Positions 1 through 12,000 of a DNA stretch of 64,000 nt are shown here, in pieces. The stretch's first letter is position 1; every line of letters starts with the position of its first letter. Both the position numbers and the translations under genes were made by a program. The notes under the pieces are model-generated. The model was given only the letters and a program-made list of their open reading frames with translations, had not been told where the DNA came from and searched no databases. Source of the stretch: Lytechinus pictus (taxonomy: Eukaryota); contig NC_087261.1 of assembly GCF_037042905.1 (NCBI RefSeq), positions 1,798,001 through 1,862,000 of the forward strand, written 5' to 3'.

Positions 1-526
1 AATATAAATGCTGTGGATCACCATATGAATCTGTCAAAATCATTAATCTATCATATATGTAGGAAGGACTTTTCCCATAATTTTGGTGCCTTTGCCCCCA
101 CCCTCCCAAAGCTCTACCATGTGTTATATGATTGATAGGCAACATGTACATGTGCAGGATGGTGATGGTATTTCATCATATGTTGCCAAAGAAAAAATAT
201 TTTAACTGTTTATTGTCTGTATCTTGTGCAATGAGGTAGCAAACGTCATTTGACGTGTGCATGCATTAGTCAACTATATGGACGTGTGTAATATTCCTTT
301 TAATCAGTTGTCATTTCAGTTTCAATCAGTGCATTTTATAAAGTATAATTGATTATTCTGTCTGTACCTTTGTCTCTGACAGGGTTGTTTTTTTAATCTC
401 AGGACATATTGTAGCCTATCTTGTATGATTATTATATTTTGTAAGCACAAAATTCATGCTAATGTATATTCATAAATTATGTATTATGTACAATAGAAAT
501 TTTGACATGATGAGGTGTTTTAGAGT

Positions 527-712
527 TTGTTGTGTCAGTGCAAGAACGCCCCTAGCAAAACATTTACCTGCACTGACTGCATCGGTGCAAAATTGCCCAA
601 ATGCAATGTGTCCTTATGCATGCTGATACACGTTTACGGTTTTTTGTTTTTTTTGCACACTTGTGATGCGCGAAAGTGTGGTGTTAAGGGCATTTTTGCA
701 CCGACACAACAA
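527..712. mobile_element. MITE
   Basis: Imperfect TIRs ttgttgtgtcagtgcaagaacgccc / gggcatttttgcaccgacacaacaa. Confidence 0.6.
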
Positions 713-1732
713 GTTGTACCCTCAAGATGGCCTTGTTCGTGGATAAATATTGAACAGGTTGATATTAGATGGGGCAAGAATATTCTATGGTTTTGTTAGA
801 ACAATTGATATCGGATCTTTTTAAAGATACGCTCATTGTATTTAGCTTTATAACAGCATTACATTATGAGCAAAAAAATTCATGACTTTTGTCTGTACTC
901 TTGTGAGGAAATTTGTACTATGATGTGCTGTATTTTTCTTCAGTAAGAAATGTAAAAGGATTATGAATGAATTTAATAATAGTGGAATTATGGAACGAAA
1001 AAATATTGTGACATATTGTGAGATAGACAGATAGACCAATATAGATGTAATTTTTTATATTCTTGAAAGAGTATTGTATATACCACTTTGATTTTCATAA
1101 CTGCCTATGTTTCGAGATAATGTCAAGAAAGTTGTCAAATTAATAAAATTACACTTTTTCAACATTTTTCTGAGTGAAATGTATTTTTTTTTGTTACTAT
1201 CTGGCTGTACTTCAGAACAAAAGCCAATTTCAGAGAATCAAATCAGCTCAATTCATTTCATTGCCTTGCTTTACAATTCAATTTATTTTCACCTCTTTAT
1301 AATTGGCAAACATAAAGACATAGAGAAACATTAGCAGTTATGAATAAATTGTTTTTTAAATTTAAATATTATATATCCTAAAGTGAGAAAAAGACTGAAA
1401 TAGTGAAGCAACTGTGAATGACATGTGTAAAGATCGACAATGAGCTACAAATCAAATAAAATAGAGAAAGGGGGAGAGAAATTATACGGATCAATGCATG
1501 GAGAGAGAGAGGAGGAGAATGACTGTTTCATATAGTTCAATTCACAAGGACTGTCAGGTTTACAAGAGAATACATGTAGGATAAAGTGCGAGAGCTGAGT
1601 ATTATCTTTTGTAAAGGAATGAAATCTTTGTGGGTGTTTCGTAAAGCTGTTCATAAATAAATCTTGACTTTACACATGACTGATAACCCTGTTCTTATGC
1701 TGAATAACATGCCCCACCTTCTTCTGTCTGCG

Positions 1733-2210
1733 TGGGCGTGTCGTGGTCTAGTGGGCAATTCCATCAAATATGTACGTCCGACCCCCTATATGTGGGACCA
1801 TCATGAAATTTTCTGTCTCTGATTGCTTGTTCTTTTGACAGTCTGTAATGCTATCAAATGACCATGACTTGGTCAGTTTATGAAGTGAAGGAAATCTTGA
1901 GAAAAATGGGGGTCGGACGTACAAAATGGTTGATTATTTTATGGAATTGCCCTAGTGGTTCTGACTCTCACCTTTCAAACAGAGGATCGTGGGTTCGAAT
2001 CCTAGCCATGGCGTGTTTTCCTTTAGCAAGAAATTTATCCACACTGCTGCACTCGACCCAGGTGAGGTAAATGGGTACCGGCAGGAAGTAATTTCTCAAA
2101 AAGCTGTGCGCACCAGAATCGGTAGACTAGCTTAGCCGGGGTAATATAGGAGACCTTGAGCACCTCGCAAGGTGGATACGTGCGCTATACAAATCCTATA
2201 TTATTATTAT
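1733..2210 (+). mobile_element. tRNA-derived SINE (family A) interrupted by a MITE
   Basis: A-box gtggtctagtgg, B-box gggttcgaatcc, (att)n tail; relatives at 15221, 17985 (-), 36938. Confidence 0.85.
1753..1952. mobile_element. MITE with GGGCAATTCCAT TIRs, 4-bp TSD (TAGT)
   Basis: TIRs and TSD visible; removing it restores the SINE A-box. Confidence 0.88.
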
Positions 2211-2643
2211 CATATGAATGAATTTCCTATTTGTCCATGCCTGATCAAGTTTGTGCTGCTGTTTTTGCCTGATTGCTATGAAAGCATCATTGCACTTAAA
2301 CAAGCAACTAGAGAAACAACAAGTCTTGTTTTATAATTACCTTACCTCTCAAGCAATCCAGTCCAAGGAAAACTTAAAAACTCAAGAGCATTTCTCTAAT
2401 GCGGGCATTTCATTGGTTGAAAATCAAGTTCTGTTTGATTTTTGGAGTTGCGTGATCGCATCTCTTTCTTCAATTTGTCCCCGGGTTTAAACTTGCTTTG
2501 ACCTCTGTGATTATTCAGCTTATCCGAGGTCAACTTATGCAAGTTAACCTGTATGATCTAGATTCTATTTTATATGTTTGTTAAAGTTTCCTCTTTAGTT
2601 GTTCTTCTAATGATGACCCAACCAAATAAACATTAAGTAATAA

Positions 2644-2855
2644 GGGCAATTCCATAAAATATGTATGTCTGACCCCATGTACAGTGTAGCCTATGTGACG
2701 CCTTCATGAAATCTTCTATCTCTGATTTCTTGTTCTTTTGACAGTCTGTAATGTTCTCAAAGGACCATGACTTGGTCAGTTTATGAAGTGAAGTAAGAAT
2801 TGAGAAGAATGGGGTCGGACGTACAAAATGGTTGAATAGTTTTATGGAATTGCCC
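2644..2855. mobile_element. Second copy of the GGGCAATTCCAT MITE, 4-bp TSD (ATAA)
   Basis: Same TIRs and internal sequence as 1753-1952. Confidence 0.88.
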
Positions 2856-2894
2856 ATAAATAAATTAGTAAATTTCTATTTCCATGGTTTACAG

Positions 2895-3003
2895 GTTTTC
2901 CTTGCCACCAGCAAGCCTGTCTGGACGATGGTTGTTTGGTGATAGAGGTGCAAGCAAGAGGAAGATGATGTGTCCTGTGGAAGAAAAGAAGCTCAGAGTC
3001 AAG
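2895..3003 (+). CDS. VWA8: VWA8 exon (FSLPPASLSGRW...CPVEEKKLRVK)
   Basis: tttacag acceptor, AAG|gtaata donor, phase fits next exon. Confidence 0.8.
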
Positions 3004-6000
3004 GTAATATCCTACTCTCCATCTCAATTATCATCAGTTTGCTTTTAAAACCTTTTATCCCAAATTTAACATTTGAGGAACGTTCAGAAAAAGCAGTAAT
3101 ATCTATATTATATTGATGATGGGAACTTCATGTGGTCTGAAAACAGTCTCTTATGTACAGTAATTCCTGTAGAGAAATCTTACTTTGTTGTTAAACAAGG
3201 GCTAGCACTTAAATTGGCGTAGCCTTTACTCTTTACATCAGGAGGTTTAAAACAATACACTGACAATATGGTTCTCAACCGTCCTTTTTTGTCTGAAAAT
3301 TCACCCCCCCCCCCCTCCCCTTGTTAAATCCAGGATCTGCCCTGGATATAAGGGGTAACCAAACTGGGGGTTAAACTTTAAGTTAAGACTGATAACATTT
3401 GTTGAAAATTTATCATCTTGCTTTTTACGTATCCAAACCTATGCTAATTTCAAATAAGTTCCATCTATAAATCATTTACTCACAACTAATTTTGGGTGAC
3501 TTAAAAAATCCTCCAAAAAGTGCATGCCTCTTTTCCAATTGAGATTAGGATGTGTAGTATTAATTGTTTATTTATGTTTATCTTCAATTCTCTATTCCTA
3601 TCAATTTTAGTCAAAATTTATTCTGATTGTACTTTCAGGGGCCAGCACATATCCAGGTTAGGGAGCATAAGCTAGATCGAGTAGATTCCCGAGCTTCGAG
3701 CTTCAACGAACAGATGGCATCATGGCAACTACCAATGAATGAGATGAACATACCGACCGATGTTGCTGTTACTAAAGGTATGTCATGTCATGGTATCTGT
3801 AATTGACATTTTTCTTGTGATGGTTGTATTTTCTGACCTCTTTGGATGTATCAACGAATGTTAGTAAGAAACTAGACTAACAATTTTATTGTTTTTCATC
3901 TTCTTACATCATTAGTTTGGGGGATATCAAAGTCAAAGGTCAAAGTTCACAGGGTGCATTATTATTCAAATACTTCATTCTCAAGAAAACCGAAGAACCA
4001 CTTGACAGATCAATTACAAACTTGGTTCATATTTAAGGGACAATATTGCATCTGATTGGACTTGGAGGTCAAAGGTCACAAGAGTTGTTATATCTGGGGA
4101 GCATTTCATCAATATTTTCATCCGACAAGTTGTCAGATCTGACATCTTTCCATGATTTTGATTGGCAGAGAGGCACTGTTCCTATGGTAACTGTCGGATA
4201 AAATGGGACTTGTCGGATAAAACGTCTGACAAGTCCTTTCATGAAACGCCCCCCTGAAAAACTTTCTCCTGTGATGACTTCAAACCATTTCAAGGATCAT
4301 CCTTAAGCTTGCCTCATGTAACCTAGGAGTCGTTATTAAAGGAGAATGAAACCCTTGAAACCAGCTGAATCCATATCAAAGAGAAAAATCAAAGAAACAT
4401 ATTGTTGAAAGTTTGAGGAAGATTGAATGAATAATAATAAAGTTATAAGCATTTGAATATTGAGATCACTAATGCCATGTAGATCCTCCCATTGGCAATG
4501 CGACCAAGATCTGTGATGTCACACACGTACAACTCCCTCATTACTTAAGTACTTATTTCACTTATATTCTCACTTTTATAGAGTCTATCACAAGGTGAGG
4601 TGTTCTCTTTATGAGAGGACAAGTACAGAGGTTTCACAACATTATATCATTGATGAATCGTTTGTCATATGATTAGAATGAGCAAAAAGAGATGTTTTGG
4701 GGTATATTTTCAGTGTCCAAAAGGGGAGAGTTGTTCATCAGTGACATCATAGATCTTGGTCGCATTGCCAATGGGAGGATCTCCATAGCATTAGTGATCT
4801 TGACATTCAAAAGCTCATAACTCTTCTATTGCTAGTCCTATTTTACTCAAACTTTTGTTGATCTTATTCTTTGATTTTTCTGCTTTCACAAAAGCTAACT
4901 TGCTCCAAGAGTTTCATTCTCCTTTAACATTTTAACATGCTACATGTAGGTGTGTATTACTGATCTGGCAATGATAGGGGCATAATTTATTATCATGAGC
5001 ACATTTGAGAATCTATTCAGTTTTATGAGAAATCAATAAAGAACCATTTTTGTTGGGTATGTGCTTTTGAACAAGACTTCTCATGGCTTTTTAGTGCATG
5101 CCCCATTTCCATACATTTGCTTTATTATTGGCATAGATATGCACCAACTCTTATTTTATCTCATGTTTGTATTGCTGATGTTCTAGTCATATATTTTTAT
5201 TTTTTCTTTGTTTTCCTAATTTTACTCTTATGTTCTTTTTAATCAGAGATGAATGTCTATAGGCTTTTGCCTGATTTCAGGCCCTGACAACTTGTCTTTT
5301 CAGGCATTTTAAGGCTTTATTTCATAGAACACATGTGGTCTGGCTTCTTTTGAACCCTAGCCGCGCGAGTGAAATTGACCGGAATCCTTGTTTAATGATA
5401 TTGGAAATACTGATTTGTTTTTTCTTTAATTCAAATGACATGTAATAATTCTTGTGTATCTATAGAGAAGTCATCCGAGATGGTCCATGTCTGTGTCGGG
5501 AACCCAATCAGTCTGTATAGCATGAAACCCTTGGGTCAGTCTATTCAGTTCCTGGACCTGTACGATGTATTCCCCTATCTAGGCTACAGACCAGCCCAGC
5601 TTGCAGCCCTAGGTGGTCCACTCCAGGGACAGGTCGTTCTCAATGATCCAAAGGTATGTTTAACTCCAATGAGTTGGGATATGTCAGTGAACAGTTCAAG
5701 AGAGCCATAGACCCATTGAGATAAATGTCAGCTGATCTTTTTTATTGCACTAGGACAAAGACATTAACAATGCACTGCTTGACCAGTTGGTATAAATGCT
5801 TGAAAACAAACAGGCTTTTTTAATAGAGTTTGCTGATTTCATATTCTACAGTCCTGTACATGGTAGAAAATTGTCTCCTTCCCGCACAAAGGCCGTTAGC
5901 GCGCACTGTGCGTGGCCCTCTTGCACAAAGGCCGTTAGCACACGCTGCACGTCGCCTTCCCCCAGAAGGGCTGTTTTCGTGCAGTGAACAGTACGCGCTA

Positions 6001-9000
6001 TCGGCTTTTGTGCGGGAAGGTGACGCGCAGTCCGCGCTAACGGCCCTTTCGCGGGAAGGTGACACGTAGTGCGCGCTAACGGCCTTTGTGCGGGAAGGCG
6101 ACGAAATGCTGTGATTACGGTTGTGCTCAAAAGTTTGTGAACTCCTTCATGCTGAGTGTTGAATGTAGACAACACTACAATGTTTGGCAAGCCCAGAGAA
6201 ACATACTTTATTGAATGTTATATTGTATCACCTGACTTTTCAATTAAATAACTAAAATTTGGCTGAACTCAAACACTTTAAATATATTCTTTTTCTGGTG
6301 TGGCTCATTTTGTGAGCACCAATGTACAAACTCAGTTTGTCCCCTTGTGCCTCTTTCAAGTTTGAATCAAGGTGGGGTATTCACAGAATAACCAGGTACA
6401 GACATGATCATGATTCTTCTTTGAAAGGATGTATCATTGGGCCTGTCCTGGGCCTATACTGTAGATCTAAATCTATTTATTTTGAGCAAATGCCCATGTC
6501 TAATCATCTGGATTTCACATTTTATAGGACTTTGGGGCTTCAAGGTATTCAATAAGGGTACTGTATACAACTTTTTAATGTAAGAAAGGGCCCTTGAACA
6601 GATCTGAAATACAAAACCTAATGTATCAATGATAGTGCAAGATTCTTCTCTCTATTCCTTGATAGTCCCACACCAGTCTCCTCATTGACCCGTCCAATGG
6701 CTCCGTCTGGAGACTCTACACCTCAGGGCTCCTGGAGGAGACTGTTACCAACATCAGACGTACCGTAACCAGCGGCAACCAGCAGGACCAATACAAGATG
6801 TGCTCCGAGTTTGCCCATGAGAACTGGCTGGTCTTCTATGTTGATGGAGGGTGAGTCGTGACTTTGTTCCTTAAAGGCCACCGCACACCTTACGACTGTT
6901 TGCGATCCGATTTTGGAACAAATCGCATTTTGCTCATTTTCTGAAGATATGAATGGAACATATCATTTTATTTGAGGTTAAAATTAATTGAAATAATAAT
7001 ATTATAACCATTTTGAAAGATTGCAAGCCCTTATTGTGGAGTAAAGTCCAAATTAGTTTCAAATCGTAGCCAATCGTAAGACTACTATGACGTCATTACG
7101 ACTAGATATTAAATTCGCTTTTATTCTAAGAAGGATGATAGCATAGTCACAAATTTGATCATAGGTATTTGTACGATGATTTAGAACATTACACAGTAAG
7201 ATATTCCTAGTCTCAATATTAGCATCAAATTCTACTACATTATAACCTGAAATCGGGTCGCAGACCAGTCGTAAGGTGTGCGGTCGCCTTAACACCACCG
7301 CACACCTTACAACCAGACTGGTTTACGATTGGTCTGCAACTGAGTGAAGGGAGATGAATCGCAAGGTAGTCATAGGCCTCGACATCGCACACCTTGCGAT
7401 CCAACTATGCTAGTCTGCGACTCACGCATGCACTTTTTGCCATAGCAACAGAGATAATGATGCTTAGTACTGTGTATGCACCTTGCATGTCATGTCCGCG
7501 TCCGTATTTAAGTGTGACTCTGCTGTCTGATTGGCTGGAAGTTGGATTGAGCTTGCGATGCAGTTGTAAGGATTCGACATGTCTTTATGATTTTCCTTGC
7601 GACTTGTCTCTGACCGGTCAGCGTCTCTCAAGCTGACAAGTGCTGTGACGTCACATTTCACCTCACTCAGTCGCCAATCAGTTGGGTTGTAAGGTGTGTG
7701 GTGGCCTTTAGATAGGCCTTATGCATATGATGTCATAATCTAGGGAGAAGAAAACCAGTCCTCCCAATTAAGTTGACGTTGAAAAACATTTACATTACGA
7801 AAGAGAAGATCAAGATGAGCAGAATGATGTTTATGACAAAGAGGAAGAAAAGGCAAGAGAGGGGATCAAAGATGAGTGTTCTATGTTTCAATGTTTAATT
7901 AAATCTATTGAAGCATATGAAGCAATATGTAATAAGTTATTTCATTGGAAATTAAATGGGAACAGTTACAACAATAGTGGTCTTGGTCATTATTCTAATT
8001 ACAATAAGTTTGATCTTTGATGATATTGCTTTTTTTTAGTATTGTATATGAATTATTAATCTTGTGGATTCTGCACCAATTGTTAAATTACCGGTAATAT
8101 GAAATTGTAATCCCATGCTGTTATTCTTCAGTATTTTTGTTGGGTATGTTTGATAAAACTGAATGGAATTTTAAGTTGAATGAATGATTGTTTTTTTTCA
8201 CTCTCTCTCTCTCTCTCTTGTTTGATAGATCCAAAGTTGAATGGATGGATGTGTTGAATGGCGAAGCATATACAGTTAATCTCCCAATGAACATCAAGTC
8301 TCTCAAGCTTGCCTCTCCTGATGCTTGGCTACTGGTAGAAGCCAAGACAGACAGGTTGGTATACTTTTTTAAAAGATAAATACCAGTTGTAACGATCTCT
8401 AAATGAGTTCAAACAGAATCCAATAAAATTACCGCTCAAGAAATTGTATGTATAAATGAAAAAATATGTGCCAAATTGCTTTGGAAGAAAATGTGTAATT
8501 GATGAGAAATGAGTGAAATCAGCACAGAATTCCATCAAATGTCGGGTACTTTTCCAAGCAATATTTATACACTGTCCCACATATGCTTTTCTGTGTAAGT
8601 GATCATGAGGATTATTGGCTTTGAGCTAAGATTTCATGATTTTAAAAAGACAAGTTTACATTAATGTACCAGATCTGGATATATGATAATATGGTGACAA
8701 TTAACCTTGACTTAAAACACTTTCTGATAAAATGATTTTTTGCTGCAACTACTTTCTTTTACCTATTGATATGATTATTCAGTATGTTTTATATTTTTGT
8801 ATTTATGTTGATTATGTATGTTTTTATAATGTCTTTAGTGACTCCAAACAATATGAATATCCAATATGGACAATCAATCCACCAATATAATTTTCTATTT
8901 TATGCTGTGATATAGGAAATACTTAATGACCCGTCCTTCCCATGATGCACCAGTCAGTCAGCTACATGCCATCTTTGATGCCAGCCCAGGTGACACGGGT

Positions 9001-12000
9001 ATGTATTCTACTATTTTTCAGTATTAAGTCACCTTAACTTTGATGAAAACGTGAGATGTGGTTTACAACAACAAAGTATTCTATTCTTTTTTCATAGTTG
9101 CAGACAGCGAAAGCTCTGTGTCATCAGGCAGCCTACCTCTTGCGGTATCACATAAAGGTTTGTCTAAAGACGATCTGAGTTCCGTCATTGGTGAGAATAT
9201 GGATGCACCAAACAGACTTATGGCTGATCCTAACAGCTATGGCTCTGTAGCTGTCGGCTTTCCCGATTTGCAGGTGAGCGTCTGTTTTTTGTTTGTTTTT
9301 AGAGTGTTCCTAAAACATATCTTTTATTTGAAGCAGTCATATAATCTCTAATACCTCATTCCCACATGTATGCTATCTGTTACGATTGGCCTTTTGTAGC
9401 TGATCGCCAAAATTTTTTGAGCCGTTCAAAGTTTTTCTTCAGACAAAACGATTGCTGCAACTGACATCAAGATCTGATGAGATCTGGCACGATCACTATG
9501 GTTACTCCATGATTAAGACCACGGTCTTAATTTAGGCGCAAAACGTGACAGTGGAACTAGATATAAGCAATGTCAATTTGAAGTTATGATATAGTACCTT
9601 TCCAAATGTTTTGGCATATTTTTCTATGTATTGTACATGTATTGTAAATGCTGAAAATAATAACTCTTTAGACAGCTTACAACTGTATGAAATGTATTTT
9701 TTTCATTTTGCCAGTCTTCTGTAGATGTGTACAGTGCACCACGTCCTGCCCCACCTTCAGCCCAGCCTTCAGGACGTGACCCCCTAGCATCTCTCATGAA
9801 GAAGACTGGTACAACAGCCCCCACCGGTAGCCCTGTGGTACTCCCAGACTCTGCTCAGGTCGTCAGGGTCCTCAACAGCAAACAGGTTCCGAAGGAAGTC
9901 TTCCCAGATGGTAAGAGATTTAAGACCCCATTCTCAACTACTTGCCAGTTTAACATGTAATGGGAATACCAGTACTCTAAACGATCTTACGTGGCCGGCC
10001 AAACCAGATTGGAACCATCTCGCTATTTTCAAGACAGCTTTGCTTCGTTAAATTGGTTTAATTTAAGCATAGGTGAGGATACGGCCATTCTTCAGGAAGC
10101 AATTTTTCACAAAGAAGTATCATGTTGGGCCTGCTTCTCAATACAAACTGTGTGTAGAATGCATACGCTGTGGTTTCATATCTAATGGGAAACATGTGAC
10201 CCTACTAAAATCATCCCAATTGCAACAAGATCGCATTACGGGAAGTGGCTTTGGAAACCCTTTCAAGAGATGGTGATGAGAACAGGGTGTATTATTCCTT
10301 ACCCTTGTTCAGGCACTCCTTATAGTTTTCAGACATCATGGGTCGTTGTAAGAAGCAAACATTCAATTCCAAAGTATAAGTCTAAAAAAATCTAGCATAG
10401 GTCCTTTGATTAAACACAAATTTGTAGTTAATTTGTTTTCACTTGCGTCGCAACTTTCTTGCAATTCCTTGTTATGCTAGATTTCGGGCCTAAACTTGGT
10501 TTAAAATTGAACATGAGTTTCTAGCAACAACAAACCTTCTATTTTCTTTTTTTTTTAATGTCTTTGAATTCTGTCCCTGACCTTGTCAGATTAGCCGGGC
10601 AAGGGGAGGTGATCTCCTGTGAGCGTTCAGATCTACTGAGGTACACAGGGTTCTTCTCTCAAATTTGAAAGCAGAGTATATCAAAGTGTCCTAAAAATCA
10701 TTTTTCATTTAATATTCTAACTTTGCATTTCTTATCTCCATTGTACCATGCAGAGAAAGTTCCTGTGTCCGGTGAATTCCTGGAAATAGCTGACATGTCT
10801 TCACTAACTCTCAAATACATCCCCATTCCAAGGTATGTAAATCCATCTCTTTAAAGTTTTTATTCACAAATCTACAAAGCCACTGGGAGATACAGGCTTT
10901 TGCACATCCTCTCTCTGAAATGATCTCCCTCTTATTTTTTTTCAAGACTGCACTTCTTTTGACACATTTACCAGTTACCTATTCCATGCTTCCTACTCTT
11001 ACTTTCCCTCAAGTCTCTCTTTAATTTTTCACCATACGTTCTTCTTCCATTGCACCTTGAGCGCTCTGCAGAGTGGACTTGACACACCATATGTATTATT
11101 ATGAGGTATTTTAATTTGAAAATAGGCTCATGACTCTCTGATGTTTAAAGATGCTTGTCCTATTGGTTTGACCAAAATGTGTGTCATCATTCATCAATCT
11201 TCCTTTTTGTGCAAATGCATGATAGGTAGATCTTATTGTGATAATAATATGGTCCTTATATAGTACATAATATTCATAATAATCTATGAGCTTTATAAAA
11301 GTTTTCTATGAACTTTGTATGGTTTGCATGTTGGTGAAGCTGAAATAGAGGAGGTTTACTGTTCACCGTCTTAGTCATGAAAAAGACTGTTGGTGAATTG
11401 AGAAGTGAAAAACAAAGAGATTGAGTGGGAAAAGAAAGGCGAGAAAAGAGATAGATGGCAGAGGAGAATAAGCTTTCATGAGATAAGTTGTAAGATATTG
11501 TACTTCCTATTATTTGTGTATGACCAAATTTCGCTTTTTCCTGATGAAAATAAATGAAACATGCAAATGTCAAGAACCATAATATTATGTCTTTCTGCAG
11601 TCCTACAGTACATCGTAACTACACCCCATGGGTGTCTGATAGTAAGATTCTTACAGCTCCTACACCAAGCGAGGGCGTTGTCACTGTCGACTCGGGTGGT
11701 CATGTGAGGCTGTGGGAGACAGGGCGCCCTCAGTTGTCCAAGTCGCTCACCGACTGGTATAAAATGATTGGAACCGCAGAAGACGCCAAACTGCAAGTAA
11801 GTGAAAATATGTTGCTTTTTATTATATATTTTCAAATTCTTTTAATCATTACTGTGTACCCTTTTCTGATATTGATTTTTTACTATCTTATCCTTAAGGG
11901 CTAGGGTTCTAAAGTTTGTTTTGTTGAAGTGCCAAGTTTGTTATCGGAAATCTGTACTGCTCCACTGTCTGAAACTTGTAGCGAGCAAAATGTTACAGTG

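Noticed and set aside
5796-6190. Four overlapping ORFs
   Set aside because: By-product of a GC-rich inverted minisatellite; no splice or homology support.
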